Assembly (NCBI RefSeq): GCF_016433145.1
Contig: NC_058130.1
Location: 728,200,142-728,264,141, forward strand
Length of the DNA stretch: 64,000 bases
Reading direction: 5' to 3'
From: Gracilinanus agilis
Lineage: Eukaryota
This document shows positions 63,700 through 64,000 of the stretch, in pieces. Both the position numbers and the translations under genes were made by a program. Under the pieces are notes generated by a model. That model worked only from the letters and a program-made list of their open reading frames with translations, had not been told where the DNA came from and searched no databases. How positions within the stretch are numbered: position 1 is the stretch's first letter; each line of letters begins with the position of its first letter.

Positions 63700-64000
63700 C
63701 CAGGCAGAAAGACATACGTTTTCAAACATAGTCAATATGGGGGGATAGGGGTGGGGGTGGAGTGAAGAAAGAGAAAGGAAGAGAAAGAGAGATTATACTT
63801 ATTTGTTATAAGAAAGAACTTTGAGGGTGAGGGGAAAGATATAATGAGGAGAGTAGGAAGGAGTGATAATTATACAAATGGAAGAAAAGAACATCAATGA
63901 ATTATTTTAAAAATTATCAGAGAACAGGAAGTTTATAAGGGGACAAATAAGCAGAGTGTTGGAATTATATTAAATTTGAAATATTTTTTTAAAAATCTAA
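63700..64000 (+). mobile_element. Old marsupial L1 3'UTR
   Basis: purine-rich 3'UTR-like sequence ending in an AT-rich tail. Confidence 0.5.

Noticed and set aside
1-64000. tRNA, rRNA, snRNA genes and CRISPR arrays
   Set aside because: None seen; tRNA-like A/B boxes occur only as SINE heads.

Overview
Eukaryotic, CpG-poor mammalian DNA, mostly decayed transposable elements, with no recognisable protein-coding gene, RNA gene or CRISPR array. The repeat set points to a marsupial, most likely the opossum Monodelphis domestica (inferred from family resemblance, no database search): many SINE1_Mdo-like and MAR1 SINEs, MIR, L2, L3/CR1, RTE, marsupial L1, ERV LTRs and hAT MITEs. There is one 342-N gap (39667-40008). 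Nearly all ORFs in the track are chance ORFs or TE/microsatellite read-throughs. The most interesting signals are: (1) a compact housekeeping-type promoter at ~37.55-37.80 kb (9 CpG; YY1, GC box, 2x CCAAT, ZNF143-like, E-box, ETS, TCT-like initiator) pointing left with no identifiable coding gene downstream, plus candidate non-coding exons at ~33 kb; (2) an L1 5'UTR+ORF1 piece with no 3' end or poly(A) but a perfect 14-bp TSD; (3) an L1 stub and a SINE at the same 16-bp target, giving three TSD copies; (4) a 57-bp SINE/flank junction copied 11.4 kb away; (5) a hAT MITE carrying a strong CTCF motif. TE boundaries without a TSD are approximate, and subfamily names are by resemblance only.
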